Positions 25,531-39,636 of a DNA stretch of 64,000 nucleotides are shown here, one piece after another; position 1 is the stretch's first letter, and every line of letters starts with the position of its first letter. The position numbers and the translations under genes are program-made. The notes beneath the pieces were generated by a model. The model ran no database searches. It saw only the letters and a list, made by a program, of their open reading frames with translations, and was not told the DNA's origin. The stretch comes from Octopus sinensis. Taxonomy: Eukaryota. The stretch spans positions 34,534,001-34,598,000 of the forward strand of contig NC_043003.1 of the NCBI RefSeq assembly GCF_006345805.1. Direction: 5' to 3'.

Positions 25531-28500
25531 TTAATTCACTTATTTTTTATTTGAGATAACATGTATTCGATATATATTATAAAATGAAGGGGATCAGCCA
25601 GTGATATATAAATATTGATAGGTGTAGAAAAAGACAGAGGCAAATTTTGAAGCGTTCTGACTAAAAATGATTTATGCAATGCCGTTTTAAATCACCAAGT
25701 TATTCGTATTAACCGAACAAATTTCTGCACCGAAGTTCATACCATTATTTAAAAACTACATCTTGTTGAATCCATCCTGGATGTGGCCAATCAGCCTAAT
25801 ATTTCGCAAATCTCTCTAGCCTAACTGACCATCACCAGGCACTTAGGTAAAAATAACCGTAACGTGCATTGAACCGATAATTCACCTATTGGGGAACAAC
25901 TCTACTCCAATGCAACATATCTCCCTTATTTTCCTTTTTCATTTATAAAATATTTTTCTATCATAGTTTCCGCTTAACATATTCATTGGCAGAATCGTTA
26001 GTGCTGGACAAAATGCCTTGTGGTACTTAATCCCCTCCATATATGTTCTAAATCCCAAGTTGGTCAACTTTACCTTTCATTATTACGGACGATACATTCC
26101 CACAGAATGAATTTGTAATACTGGGCTTGAGCCAATGTTAGAAATCAATATTATTAGCAGTTAGATTGATGAACACATCTCGGATGAACTTGTGTAACAT
26201 ATCTGACAATTCTGTCTATTAATTCCTCCCAAATCTCTTGACTCACAGAGTAAAATGAATGGAGTTTTTTCAGGCTACATGAAGAATCCAATGCAAGTAA
26301 AACGTATGAATTTTTCAATTAATCGAATTCCCTGACCAGTTAATACAATTTTTGAAAATTAAATTAAACTATAAATCAATCCTTAATTAAGTGATTCAAT
26401 TAAATAAATTTCGTATTAATTAGACGATTTACCAAGCAAAACAATTGCTCCTGAACAACCTGTTTAATAGCTAAATTGTTAGGGAATTAAATCAAATTGC
26501 TAACCAATTCGATAATTGAAGTAACATGGTACGTAAATAATCAACCATCATACTAATTAAGTAATCGGCTAAATTTGAAAAAGTAATTAACTAAGTAAAT
26601 ACGTATATTTAAACATACAAATTCGGCAATATGAACCATATATATAAATATATGTCTATGTATAAAATATACACATATATGCATATACGTGTGTGTGTTG
26701 GGGGGGGGGATTTGGGTACATACACACACACACGCATTACTTTCTGGTATAATCGATAACACAGTCGCCTGGAATGCTATCTGTGTTAGGTTCGATACCC
26801 ATTGAGAGGTTTCTTCCGTTATCATAGACGCAGACATGTCCATGTGTTGAAGAAACTTACTTCGCTATCATGTATTTCTTTGTTCAATAGTACTCTATCA
26901 TATATATATATAACTGTGTAATAAATGAATGAAAATTTAAATTTTCCCATCGCTAATCAAGCTCGCTACAGAAACGGATGTCAACTAACATTTCTTGACA
27001 AAAATGATTGCTTTGATACATCAAATTAAATTACAGCCTGTGATTGATAGGTTTAATATTCTACTCCCTGCAACCAAGAAGAGGTTGGAACCTAGGAAGT
27101 TAAATACATATGATTTCTTGGAAGTGCGTGTACCTGAATTTCCCATTTGAATCCTTATAAATTCATGAATTTTGTGCAACTGGTTTCGGTTGGATGCCCA
27201 TACAGTTCCCCTGCAAAAATATTTGATATGGAAATAGTTTCGGCTTCCCATATCTACACAATGAAAGCAATTATTTACAAAGTAATTTTATATTGGTATC
27301 AAATAAGGTCAATTTAAAAACAATGGTTTTAGCAATATATCAGCATCCTGAATCTAGAAAAAGAGGAATACTACAATCTTATCCAGAAATACTTGGCATT
27401 TAAATGATGCGGCGACCATTTTGATACAACGATACATTACATAAAATGGGCAAAGCATTGGAAACCAAATATTGCATGTTAAAACAAAATCTACAGCATA
27501 TAATGACAATGCAAATACATATTTTAAATGCAAATATGGAGATAATGCCAAAATATGATCAAGAAAATAAATTCTGTTTGGTAAATTTCCATAGAGAAAT
27601 ATAAATCAGACGAAAGTGAGACGACCGATCGGAAATTTACAAAATGTTGCCTTGTAACACTATATACGAACAATAATTTTGTTCGTATTTAAAACACTTC
27701 TGCGTTAATATTCTTTCTGACCATGACTATCCGACCAGAAACGTAAATAATTAGTAAAATAGTCAACTTTGAAAATGATATAATTTAACGTATACTACAT
27801 TTATAGTATGCCATATATATAAATATTTTTTTTGCGTAAAAGGAGCGAAAGGAAATGCCTCAACACTGTCAAATATTTGGATTCGGATAATTAATTTTAA
27901 AAGGGATGGGTTGATTACTGTGCACAATGAATCTTAACTTTGGAATATGCATTTAATATGAAGAAAACAAAAACTTAGTGATAAGAGTATACGATACTAA
28001 AAGATTGAGAGAAAATTTGGAACAGCTAGCACTAAATTTTTCTAATTAATTTTCGTATGCGAGGAAAACAGTCTAAGATAGTGGTTGTCAACCATTATTT
28101 ACCTGTGGATACCTTTGGTTCCAATTTTACTTAGGTGGTCCCTCATAGCCATTTGATGTTTAAAAAATCCTATTATATTTTTCGTAATTCAATATTATTA
28201 GAGATTTGTATAAAAAATTGTTAACGTATTTTCTATATTGACAAGAGTCACGGGTCAAAGTTCTATTTGGAGACAAAGATCAGCTACAGATAACTATGGA
28301 CACACGTTACGGTTTGCATGAAATCGTCAGCATCGTATAGTTAATTCAATCCTGCTGAGATGTGCAAAGGCTTTTACACGAAGAAAACGATTACTTGTAT
28401 GCTTTGGTCAAGAATGATTCGAATAATTAAAAATAAATTGGGTCTAAGGAAAATATTTCAAAATTTCTAATGAATTTATGTTTATTGTGGAGGACTTCAG

Positions 28501-29286
28501 TTCAACATCTTTTAAATTAGTTTTCAAAATTTAAGCCATATCTAGAGGCTCTACGCAGAATTGTCAAAATAATATAATCTGTTGATTTTGAAAAAAAAGC
28601 TACTTGAATGTTGGTGCTACAATTGTTTGCAAGAATGAACATCTTTCGTACATATATACACATACAAATATACACACATATATATTCACATGTATGTATA
28701 CATGGATGTAATTGCAAATGAGGAGGAGAAAGGAAGGAGGCAAGAGATTAGGTGAGAAAGACTAGTTTTCAGGAAATACGCACATACCTTATATGCATTG
28801 TCACACGCACGTACATATATATATACACAGATATGTACATACGTAAAAAAATATAAATATCAACACCAAAACATGTTCCTACTTACATATGCATGCACAC
28901 ATTTCAATCGCCCAGAAATACACATGCGCATGCGCTGGTGACATTTGTAACGAACAAATACATATGCAAATGAGAGCTAGATCAATAAACAATTTAGCAC
29001 AAGTGCATAAATAAAAGTAAATAAAAGTAAATAAAAGTAAATAACAACAAAATATTCTACAAGAGAGACCACACTCAGTGAAACTAAATACAAAGCAAAT
29101 AACAGAATTTAAAAAAACAAAAAGGAATAAGTAGAAATTTGAAGTGACTCTACTACCTACCCGCCCTACTTCATTTCCATCCGTTCTTGGAAAATGCATT
29201 GAGAAAGGTCCTGCGACAACTTCTTATTTTGTTTTAAAACAAAAATATAAGGTAACGATAGCAAAGACTACTACTACTACTCTTAT

Positions 29287-29319
<33 letters not shown>

Positions 29320-29365
29320 AACAACTACTACTACTACTACTACTACTACTACGAATAATAAAAAT

Positions 29366-29412
<47 letters not shown>

Positions 29413-29559
29413 TAATAAAAATTGTGATCTACTGTTCAATATAAATTAGTGGGTTTCTCGATGTGTCACCTCTTCTATATTTTCTGTACTCCATCTGCAG
29501 TTGTTTCCACAATCTCCGATGTCATTCTCTGTTTCTCGTTACCCTGTTACACCCCGCCC

Positions 29560-29562
29560 CCC

Positions 29563-29593
<31 letters not shown>

Positions 29594-29889
29594 TATATGG
29601 ATATGTGCGTGCGCGCGTATGTGTGTATATATATATACATAAATATATATATATATGCATATATACATATACATATATGTATAAACATACATATATATAC
29701 AAATTATATATATATATATATGTATGTATGTATGCATGTGTATATATACGCACACACATATATATATACATATACATACCTATATATATATATATATGTA
29801 TATACATATATATTTATAGACATATATACATATATATATGTATATATATACAGAGAGAGAGAAAGAGCATATATGTACACATACATATA

Positions 29890-29934
<45 letters not shown>

Positions 29935-30080
29935 CATAAGTATATATACACATATAGACATATTAATATACATATATATATGCATACGCACAAATATATA
30001 TATATATATACATACATATATATTTATATACATACATATACATATACACACACTTACACACATACATATACATACAAACA
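29560..30080. repeat. Long AT/AC degenerate microsatellite tract
   Basis: Direct reading of the sequence. Comparable tracts at 2760-2990, 6500-6880, 22400-22860, 32520-33400 and 36040-36340. Confidence 0.9.
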
Positions 30081-30314
30081 CATCCCTACTTCATCCCTCT
30101 CTCCTTCTAATGCCCGATCTGTTTAATTCAGGATGTATCTATACATCTATCAAATTTTTACCCATACTAATCTCTATTTCTCATTCTCACTCATTTTCTT
30201 TCTACCTCTCAAACGCGTTCCTCTTAGCACACACACCACACACACACACACACACAAATGTGTATTCGTGTGTGTATACATGTTCATATCAGCTTATATA
30301 TATATATATATATT

Positions 30315-30374
<60 letters not shown>

Positions 30375-30671
30375 TGTATCAGTGCACACATTTATTAACC
30401 ATATAGATAGGTAGGACTGTTGAGATGCTGCACAGCTGTATGTAAACACATAAACACTCACACTTTCACACTTTCACACACACACACACACACGCGTATC
30501 CAAACACACATACAGGTATACGCATACAAAAAGCTCCCAATCTCTCTCACATCCTTCAATCTTGTATTCTTTTTTTGTTTTTTGTTTTTGTTACGATTCT
30601 CCACCTTTTTTTTATTACTTTTCTGTTTATATTCTTTATCTTTTTCACCACAGTTTAGTGAATGGCTGATT

Positions 30672-30709
<38 letters not shown>

Positions 30710-31496
30710 GTTATTATTATTATCATCATCCTCATCGTCATCATCATCATCATCATTACTGCTACTACTACTATTCATTTTGGCTTTTACAATTTTGTCA
30801 GATAAATTTATTTTTTACTTATTTTTATTGTTTTGTTGTTGATGATAATGATGGTGTTGTTTATGATGATGTTCTTGTTCTTGTTGTTACTATTTCTCAT
30901 GTTCTTATTTTCTTCACATTCCATTATTTTTATGGAAGACACTTTTAAATTTTATTCATGTCACTCAGAATCTCTTTTTCTTTACATATATTTTATATTT
31001 TTATCATTATTTTATTTCATTTAATTTATTTTCTCATCCTCCCCCCCTTTCTATCCGTTTTAGTTTTCATTTGTATTTGATTCAGGTGATAAGGGAAATA
31101 CTGGAAGAGAGGAGAAGGGAGAGGGCAAGCAAAGAGAGAGAGAGAGAGAGTGTGTGTGTGAGAGAGAGAGATGGGTGATACACATAAAAATACTTAAGGA
31201 GGATGAGGCGAAAATAGATTGATAGATAGATTAATGGAACTTTGCTTGGATGATGGCTGCATGGGTGTATGGATATGTATGTGTGTATATATAGAAACAG
31301 ACATAAAGACAGACGGATAGACAGAGAGAAAGACAGATAGCAGAATTGCTTGAAATATAGCTGGATATATATATATATATATGTGTGTGGTGTGTGTGTG
31401 TATGCATGTATATAAGTATAAACATCTATTTTTCTATGTACATGTAGACATGTTTCCATCTTGCCTGTTAAACATCTAGCATCTATCTATCTATCT

Positions 31497-31562
<66 letters not shown>

Positions 31563-31703
31563 CATCTATCTATCTATCTATCTATCTTTCTGTCTGTCTG
31601 TCTGTGTCTCTCTCTCTCACTATCCACGTCCTTCTCCCATCTCCGTCTATAATATATATATACACCCACACATACATTTATACATATACACTTATATAAT
31701 ATA

Positions 31704-31738
<35 letters not shown>

Positions 31739-31896
31739 TATGTATATATATATGCGCATATATATATATATATGTATCCATACATACATACATTCATACA
31801 TACATACATACATACATACATACATACATACATACATACATACATACATACATGTACACATGCATGTATATAACATAGATAGATAGATAAATAGAG

Positions 31897-31959
<63 letters not shown>

Positions 31960-31994
31960 GAGATAGATAGATAGATAAATAGATAGATAAATAG

Positions 31995-32040
<46 letters not shown>

Positions 32041-32422
32041 AGAGATGCATAGATAGAACAGATATTTGGAGAGAGGTATAGTGAAATATGGTGACGAATG
32101 AATGATAGGGAAATGAGTTGAAGAGTGATGAGTAAAAGGAAAAGAAATCAAAATGAGGACGTAGAAAAGAAAAGGGGAAAACAGAACTAAAAAACAACCA
32201 ACTGTATTGGCAGTTGGTGGTAGATTTGTGTTGGGTTTGGCGATAGAAGTTTTTTTTAGCCAGAACCCTATAGAGGCATGAATGTTCTTGTTGATGCTAT
32301 TGTTAACGCTGTGTTAATAGAATAAGGAAAGAAGGCAGAAGTTGAAAGCGGGGTTGCTACTTTCTTTCTCTTTTATAAATTTTTATCTTCGTGAGTGATG
32401 GCAAATGATAGTTTTATTATCA

Positions 32423-32494
<72 letters not shown>

Positions 32495-32652
32495 TATTAT
32501 TATTATTATTATTATTATTTTGTTGCACGTACATGCATGTATATATATATATGCACACACACATATATATATATATATACAATATATATATATACACACA
32601 TATATATCCATATATACATATATTCAATATGTATATATGTATATACATATAT

Positions 32653-32716
<64 letters not shown>

Positions 32717-32857
32717 ATATATATATATATACACATATATATAGACATATATGCATACATATATATGTGTGCAATGTGTTGGTGTGTGCGAGTGTTTACT
32801 GCTGTATGTGTTTACTTTTTGTCCCAGTATATAAACACTTGCTTTCAGCAGCATAGC

Positions 32858-32891
<34 letters not shown>

Positions 32892-33110
32892 TGTATGTAT
32901 GTATGTATGTATGTATGTATGTATGTATGTATGTATGTATGTATGTATGTATGTATGTGGGTGTGTGTGTATGTATGCATGTATGCATGAATGTATGTAA
33001 TATTGAAAAGAATTTATACATATATACTTGTGTGTATATATAAACACATATGTATATATATATAGACATATAAACATATAAATTTATATGTATATATATA
33101 TATAATATAT

Positions 33111-33147
<37 letters not shown>

Positions 33148-34384
33148 GAACATGTATACACACGAACATACCTACACGCATATATATAAATACACACACA
33201 CACACATATATATATACCCATATATATGTGTTTGTATATATATATATATATGTATATTTATATTTATACGCATATGTATGTACATATATATATGTGTGTG
33301 TGTGTGTGTGCGTGTATGTGTGTGTGTGTGAGTGTGTGTGTGTAAGTATGTACACACACACAGACGCATATATATATATATATATATACATGCAGATATA
33401 CCTAAAAGCACATAAATGTATACAGACATACTAACATATACAGATGCACACACTCTTGTATGTATTATTAGTGTATATGTATATGTGAGAGTAAGCGTGT
33501 GCGCGCGCATGAATGTGAAGTGTAGGTATTAGAGTCTACATGTTTGGAGGTATATGTGTGAGGAGGCGGACTTCGAATTTGTGTAGGCAAGCAGAATTGT
33601 AATTAAATATGTAAATGCATGTGCCTCTATAGAGATGCAGTGATTCTGTGTTTTAATATCAATACGGAGATGTTCCGCGGAAACCTGTGTATGTAGCAGA
33701 CATGATAAGAGTGCGAGGGAGAAGGAGCGAGTGAGGGAGAGTGTATATAAGTCTTTATGCATATGCACTCTGTTTTTAATAGGGTGTTATCTGTAGAATA
33801 GAGAAAACGTACCTAAATTTCAATTTCAAATAGTACCCATTTTGTTCGTTACAATTGTAAAGAGAAATTCATGACCATTACAATATAAAATTAAGCAAAA
33901 CAATGTTAGTTTTGTTGCTCTATAAGTATTGTTAGCAGCAGATATTTCACTCATAGAACGGTGCAGGCGTTTCAGTTATCATGTATGTTTGCGTATGTAT
34001 AGAAATATATGAACGCACAACCATATGTGTGCAATACCTGTACGATATTCGAAATATTTTATACTATTATACTGAATTTTTCTAATAGACTGAATATCTT
34101 TTTTTCAAGATACTGCAACCGAAGTGTGTTTTATACTGCGTTAGATGTCTCAGGACCCCATTAGGTTCGGTAGATACTTAATTGCATAATAGATGTTTCT
34201 ACCAATGACGTTGATTTCACCAAGTGTTTGTCCTCTTCTATGAGGACACAACATGCTCCGAGATATACATCTCATATGGCTAAGGCTTCAACAAGAAAGC
34301 AGTGGTCAGCTAAATCTACCCTGCGCATGGGCAATTATAGTGGAGATGGGTGAAATATATTCATAAATTTTCTTTCTGGACTTT

Positions 34385-34775
34385 TTGTATGTGTGCTAAG
34401 AAGATTGCTTCCCAACTACGTGGTATCGAGTTCAGTCCTGCTGCGAGACACCCTGGGCATGTGTCTTTTATTATTGCCTCTGGCAATAAGTCATGTGAGA
34501 AACTGGAAAGAAGCCCGTCTTGTATATATATATATATACACGTGTATTTTGTGTTAGTGTTTGTCCCACATCGCCGCTTGACAATCGGTGTTGGTGTGTT
34601 TACTCCTACGTAACTTAACGGTTCGGCAAAATAATTGATAGAATAAGTACCAGGCTTTAAAAAAACAAAATAAGTACTGGGATCGGTTCGTTCGTCTAAG
34701 ACTCATCAAGGTGGTACCCCAGCATGGCCGCAGTCTAATGACTCAAAGAAGTGAAAGGTAAAAAATGTAAAAGGT
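34385..34775 (+). mobile_element. SINE family B, degenerate
   Basis: gagttcagtcctgctgcg, cgcttgacaatcggtgttggtgtgtttac and ccagcatggccgcagtc. Confidence 0.85.
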
Positions 34776-35250
34776 GTGCCATAAGATATTTTGAGAATTC
34801 ATTCGAAATATGATGTATACACGATCAAGATGGTTCTTCTTCATTGTCCAGGTTTCATGATAAATAAATATATTAAGTGATGATTTACAGAATGTATACA
34901 ATACCGACATGTACGCTATGTATTGGTAGAATATGTAAAATGTCGATTGATAGAAATTATACCACTCTAATTGCCAGAATTTATAAGCTAACTCTTAGGA
35001 TATATAGATTGCTTATAAGAATATATGAAACGCTTATTGATAGAGCTTTCAGTATACCGACATGTAGAATGTACGGAACACTGGTAAAATATGCAGAATA
35101 AGGGTTGGTAAAATCTATAAATATACTAAATGGTTAAATATATAGATTGGTAATGTAAAAGTTAATCTATCATTAGGACACTTTTATAGACATGCAACAG
35201 TTATAGATTGCTGATCGACTTACATATATTCATACACCCAGACACATATA

Positions 35251-35328
<78 letters not shown>

Positions 35329-35499
35329 CCGATTCGTCGTTTCGATCCACTTCTTGGTCCCCTTTTTATATTTATATTATTATATTGAAGATGCGGTACT
35401 CTCTCCCTTTGCTTTAACCTCTTCAATCTTTCTCCCTCCCCCTCCTCCTCTCTCTTCGCCGCGTGTCCCCCTCCTCCTTCCCTCTTCCTTGCCTATAAA

Positions 35500-36125
35500 A
35501 CAAAATTCCTTTACACGTGGTTCCCACTATTGAAAAGACTGCCTCCACGCGCTGCTACTACACTTCGTCCTTGCCAGCAAAAGGCTTCTTCGTTCGTCCC
35601 CTTGTGTGGTTGATTTCCTGTATAGTATTCTTGTTATTTTCTCGTTTTGTAACTATTGTACTTTTTGTACATGTATTTTTATTTTTGCAGTTTTATTGTT
35701 TGTCTATGCCAGAAAAAGGCTTTTTCGTTCGTCCTCTTGTGTTTGTTTTTGTACATGTATTTTAATTTTGCAGTCTTATTGTTACGTCTTGTCTGTGTTC
35801 GTACTCATTGTGCCCCGCTGCTTGAAATTTTATTTTAATTCTCTCGCAGGAAGGCCTATTGGATTAGTGTTCTGTTATGCCTTCGAAACATGCCTGACTC
35901 CTTTAGCGACAGCTGATGACGGGGGTTTTGTCCTTGTGTAGCTCGTCCTGTATTTGTTTTTCGTTTTCCGTTTTCTTGTTTTTGTTTTTTGGCTTTTTCC
36001 GTTTCTACGTCTTATTGTGATGTCCTGTACTCCCGTATAATTATTGATATATGCATGTATATATACATGTAGATGTAGGTACGTACATATATGTTTGTAT
36101 ATGCATATATTTTATTTATCTCCTA
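35500..36125 (+). mobile_element. Dispersed element ending in TA repeats (shared with 50585-50862)
   Basis: cttcgaaac...gacagctgatga.gggg...ccttgtgtag and gtcctgtactc.cgtata...gtaggtacgtacatatatgtttgtat occur in both places. Internal direct repeat at 35573 and 35709 (gccag.aaaaggctt.ttcgttcgtcc). Confidence 0.7.
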
Positions 36126-36808
36126 TATATATATATATATATGTATATGCCTATACATATATATATATATATGTCTATATATATATATATGTATATATAT
36201 ATGTATATATGTATATATATATATGTATATATGTATATATATATATATGTATGTATGTATGTATGTATATATATATACATATATATAAACACACATATAT
36301 ATGTATGTATTATGTATGTATATATGTATATATATATAGACGTTTTAATGCATGTGTGTGTATACGCAGACATTTATTACATTCTCATATACATATGTAG
36401 ACATGCGTAAATATCTGATTAAACGAGTTAATAACGTTCAGTTTGTCTCCCACAAACACACACACACACACAAACACAAACGTGCACATTTTCACCGACT
36501 TATTGATTGCTTCAATCTATAAGATGCAAATAATTTTTTTTATACTTTATTATCTGCTTGTATTTTTCGTACGTAAATACATATGTACCTGAGAGATTAG
36601 TCTGCGTGAAGTTTGTGTGTATATATGTTAGTGTGTTACAGAATAGATGTATAACATGCACTGTAGAGTCCTATGATTGCATGTCTGTAGAAGTATTGCG
36701 TTTATTGGTATGGAGATGGCGAGTCTCTAAAATTCCTGTGATGCAGGTGGAACAGCATGAAATATTTGTTTTTCCATTGTGAATATAGAGCAAGCTCAAT
36801 TGAGTGTG

Positions 36809-36840
<32 letters not shown>

Positions 36841-37564
36841 ATGTGTGTGTGCGTGTAAATGCATGCATGTGTGCGTGTGTATGTGTGCATGTGTGCGTGT
36901 GTGTGTGTGTGTGGCTGCATGTTTGTGCATGTATGCGTGTGGTGGTAACTGTGTGTGCACGGCGCTATGGGACTGTCTTACTCGGGAATTGCTAAACCAA
37001 TTTATAGTAATACCGACCTTGGTTTAATTAGCTTAATGAAACACATGCCAGTTTTCCTCGCATTAATTTGGAATCTCAGCTTCTGATGGGGTTGTAGGGA
37101 CCCCGTCATGTCATACGCCGTGTCTTGAGGATTATAAAACCTGGCAAAGCCTTTCTAAGTCTGACGATAATCAATTTTCCCAGAGAGAAATCCAGAGCGA
37201 TAGAAAAGTGAAAAAGAAAGTCCTACAGAATAAAAAGACTCAACCCTTTACTAAACTGGTACTTAATTTATCACTACCCGAACGGATGGAAGGAAAGTTG
37301 ACATTGGTAGTATTTGAAGACATGGCGTAGAGTCCGAAAGTAAATTATTCCATTCGACGCTCTAATTCTACGATAATTTTACCGCCATATTTTACAGTGT
37401 TACAGTCAGCTTTAAAAGTATCACTTACAATTGGACCATAAAAAGATAACTGACCAATTTTTAGTTATATAGTGCCGTCATCTTTTTCAATTAGATGAAC
37501 TGATCAATTTCAAAGTTGTGGCTCAGGTTGGAGTAGTTCGTTATACTATAAAGAAAGACATTAA

Positions 37565-37790
37565 GGCGGCGAGCTGGCAGAACCGTTAGCACGCCGGGCG
37601 AAATGCGTAGCCGTATTTCGTCTGCCGTTACGTTCTGAGTCCAAATTCCGCCGAGGTCGACTTTGCCTTTCATCCTTTCGGGGTCGATAAATTAAGTACC
37701 AGTTAAGCACTGGGGTCAATGTATTCGTCTTAATCCGTTTGTCTGTCCTTGTTTGTCCCCTCTAAGTTTAGCCCCTTGTGGGTAAAAATG
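37565..37790 (+). mobile_element. SINE family A, young copy
   Basis: Head ggcggcgagctggcagaaccgttagc, B-box-like gagtccaaattcc, body and linker ttaatccgtttgtctgtccttg. Confidence 0.9.
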
Positions 37791-38104
37791 AAACATATAA
37801 AGAAAAACATTTTGGGTGTGGGATTGGTGGGTAGAGGTAATAGTATAGAAGTCTGCTGAATTAGCAAGCTGTAAATATAAATATTGTTGGATATGGATTT
37901 AAATGAAAATGAAATCTTTTGTAAAATAAAGTTATTTTTTAAAGGAATACAGAAAGAAAGCGGAAATTCACTCTTCTAATTTTTAAGCTTCTAGACACTG
38001 TGGAAAAAGAACTGAAGCAGTATTGGTTCCCGAAGTCATACCAATCAAATAACCTTTGCGATTGTAATCAACGTGCAAAGAATTCTACAGATATATATAT
38101 ATAT

Positions 38105-38330
38105 ATTAGTTCAAATTTACAGGAAACAAAAGACGAAGAAAAGTGTAGGAACAACAAGCAGGAGTATTAATTTAACCATCGGGAAGAATGGAAAAGTTTT
38201 TTTATGTTTCGAGCTTATGCTCTTCGACAGAAAGGATTAAGAGGTAAAAAAAAAAAGGGAGAGAGAAAAATATGTGTAGGGATTAACGGTTCAAGATGAT
38301 AAAACAGGCTGAAGAAAAAAATATATATAT
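38105..38330 (-). mobile_element. Second TA-flanked fragment with a hammerhead-like motif
   Basis: Minus strand cttt-CTGTCGA-A-GAGC-ataa-GCTC-GAAAC-ATA-aaaa at 38199-38234, flanked by (TA)n on both sides. Confidence 0.5.
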
Positions 38331-39255
38331 ATGTAATAGTTAATGAATAACCCACACATACATATACCTGCATCGTCTATAACAGCCATCGCTCGAAAGC
38401 GAGTACGATTTGGTAGCATATTCTAATATGTCACGTGTTGTTTTTTGCCCTCCGTAGCTGTGAGCTGACATATACAAAATCACAGAATTCATGGTTTTAA
38501 CTCAATGGAACACTCTGGATTTATCAACTGAAGGAAGCGAGAGCTGCTCAAGAAGTGAATTGGTAGTTATGTTCAGCAGAGTATTCTGTGTCAACGTGAA
38601 ATGCAGAGGTTTGCTGAAGAAAACATTCTATCCCATAGTCTAGGACTCGAACTGAGCGTCCTTTGATCGAGTGCCCTACACTCTAACCAATAGGCCACAT
38701 AGTTATATGTGTGGTTACATACAGAGTTTTTGGAGTTTATATAATTGCCTCATACTTATGACCATGGAGTGAAGAATTGATCTATCTTCTCCATTCACTG
38801 ATATCTAATTGCTGGACTGATAATAATTTGGAAGTGCTTTTAATGCGGACAGAATTGTTTATACGAACAGTGATACGAGATCAGTGACCCTTTCTGTACT
38901 CACAGCGACTTTTGTCTCTTCAGTGAATTGATATTGGCAGGAAGAAGGTGAAAGTGAAAGTAGCCAAGTTAAAATTAAACTTCAACAATGCAACTCCCGA
39001 GAGCAGCGTTTTATACATTTGAAGGCAGACAATTTCCTGATTATATAAAGACATTGATGAAGGGAGAGAGTGTGTGACAATTGCGACATTGGGGATTTGA
39101 ACAAACCCACTGTATTCAGTAAATATCGCATTTCAGCAAAAGAACATAAATATTAATATGGGGAAGTTGCAAGTATATGTTACATGAATTGATGTGTTTG
39201 TATATCACTTCTGAATACGTGTGTGTTTGTGTGTATATGTATGTGTGTGTGTGTG

Positions 39256-39298
<43 letters not shown>

Positions 39299-39393
39299 CG
39301 TGTGCATTCGCGTTCATATGCGAGCGAATGGGTGTATGCATGTGTATATATGTCTACACCTAGATGGTGCAGAGGAAATTTTACACGACATGA

Positions 39394-39426
<33 letters not shown>

Positions 39427-39429
39427 TAT

Positions 39430-39636
39430 TAGCATACATTAATCTGCATATATATATATATATATATTCGCATACATTAATCTGCATATATATATATATT
39501 CGCATACATTAATCTGCATATATATATATATATATATTCGCATACATTAATCTGCATATATATATATATTCGCATACATTAATCTGCATATATATATATA
39601 TTCGCATACATTAATCTGCATATATATATATATATA
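39430..39636. repeat. Minisatellite: 6 x [tcgcatacattaatctgc(at)n]
   Basis: Units start at 39430, 39468, 39500, 39538, 39570 and 39602 (lengths 38, 32, 38, 32, 32, ~35). Confidence 0.93.

Noticed and set aside
39430-39636. CRISPR-like repeat-spacer appearance
   Set aside because: The spacers are only (AT)n, there are no cas genes, and the context is eukaryotic.
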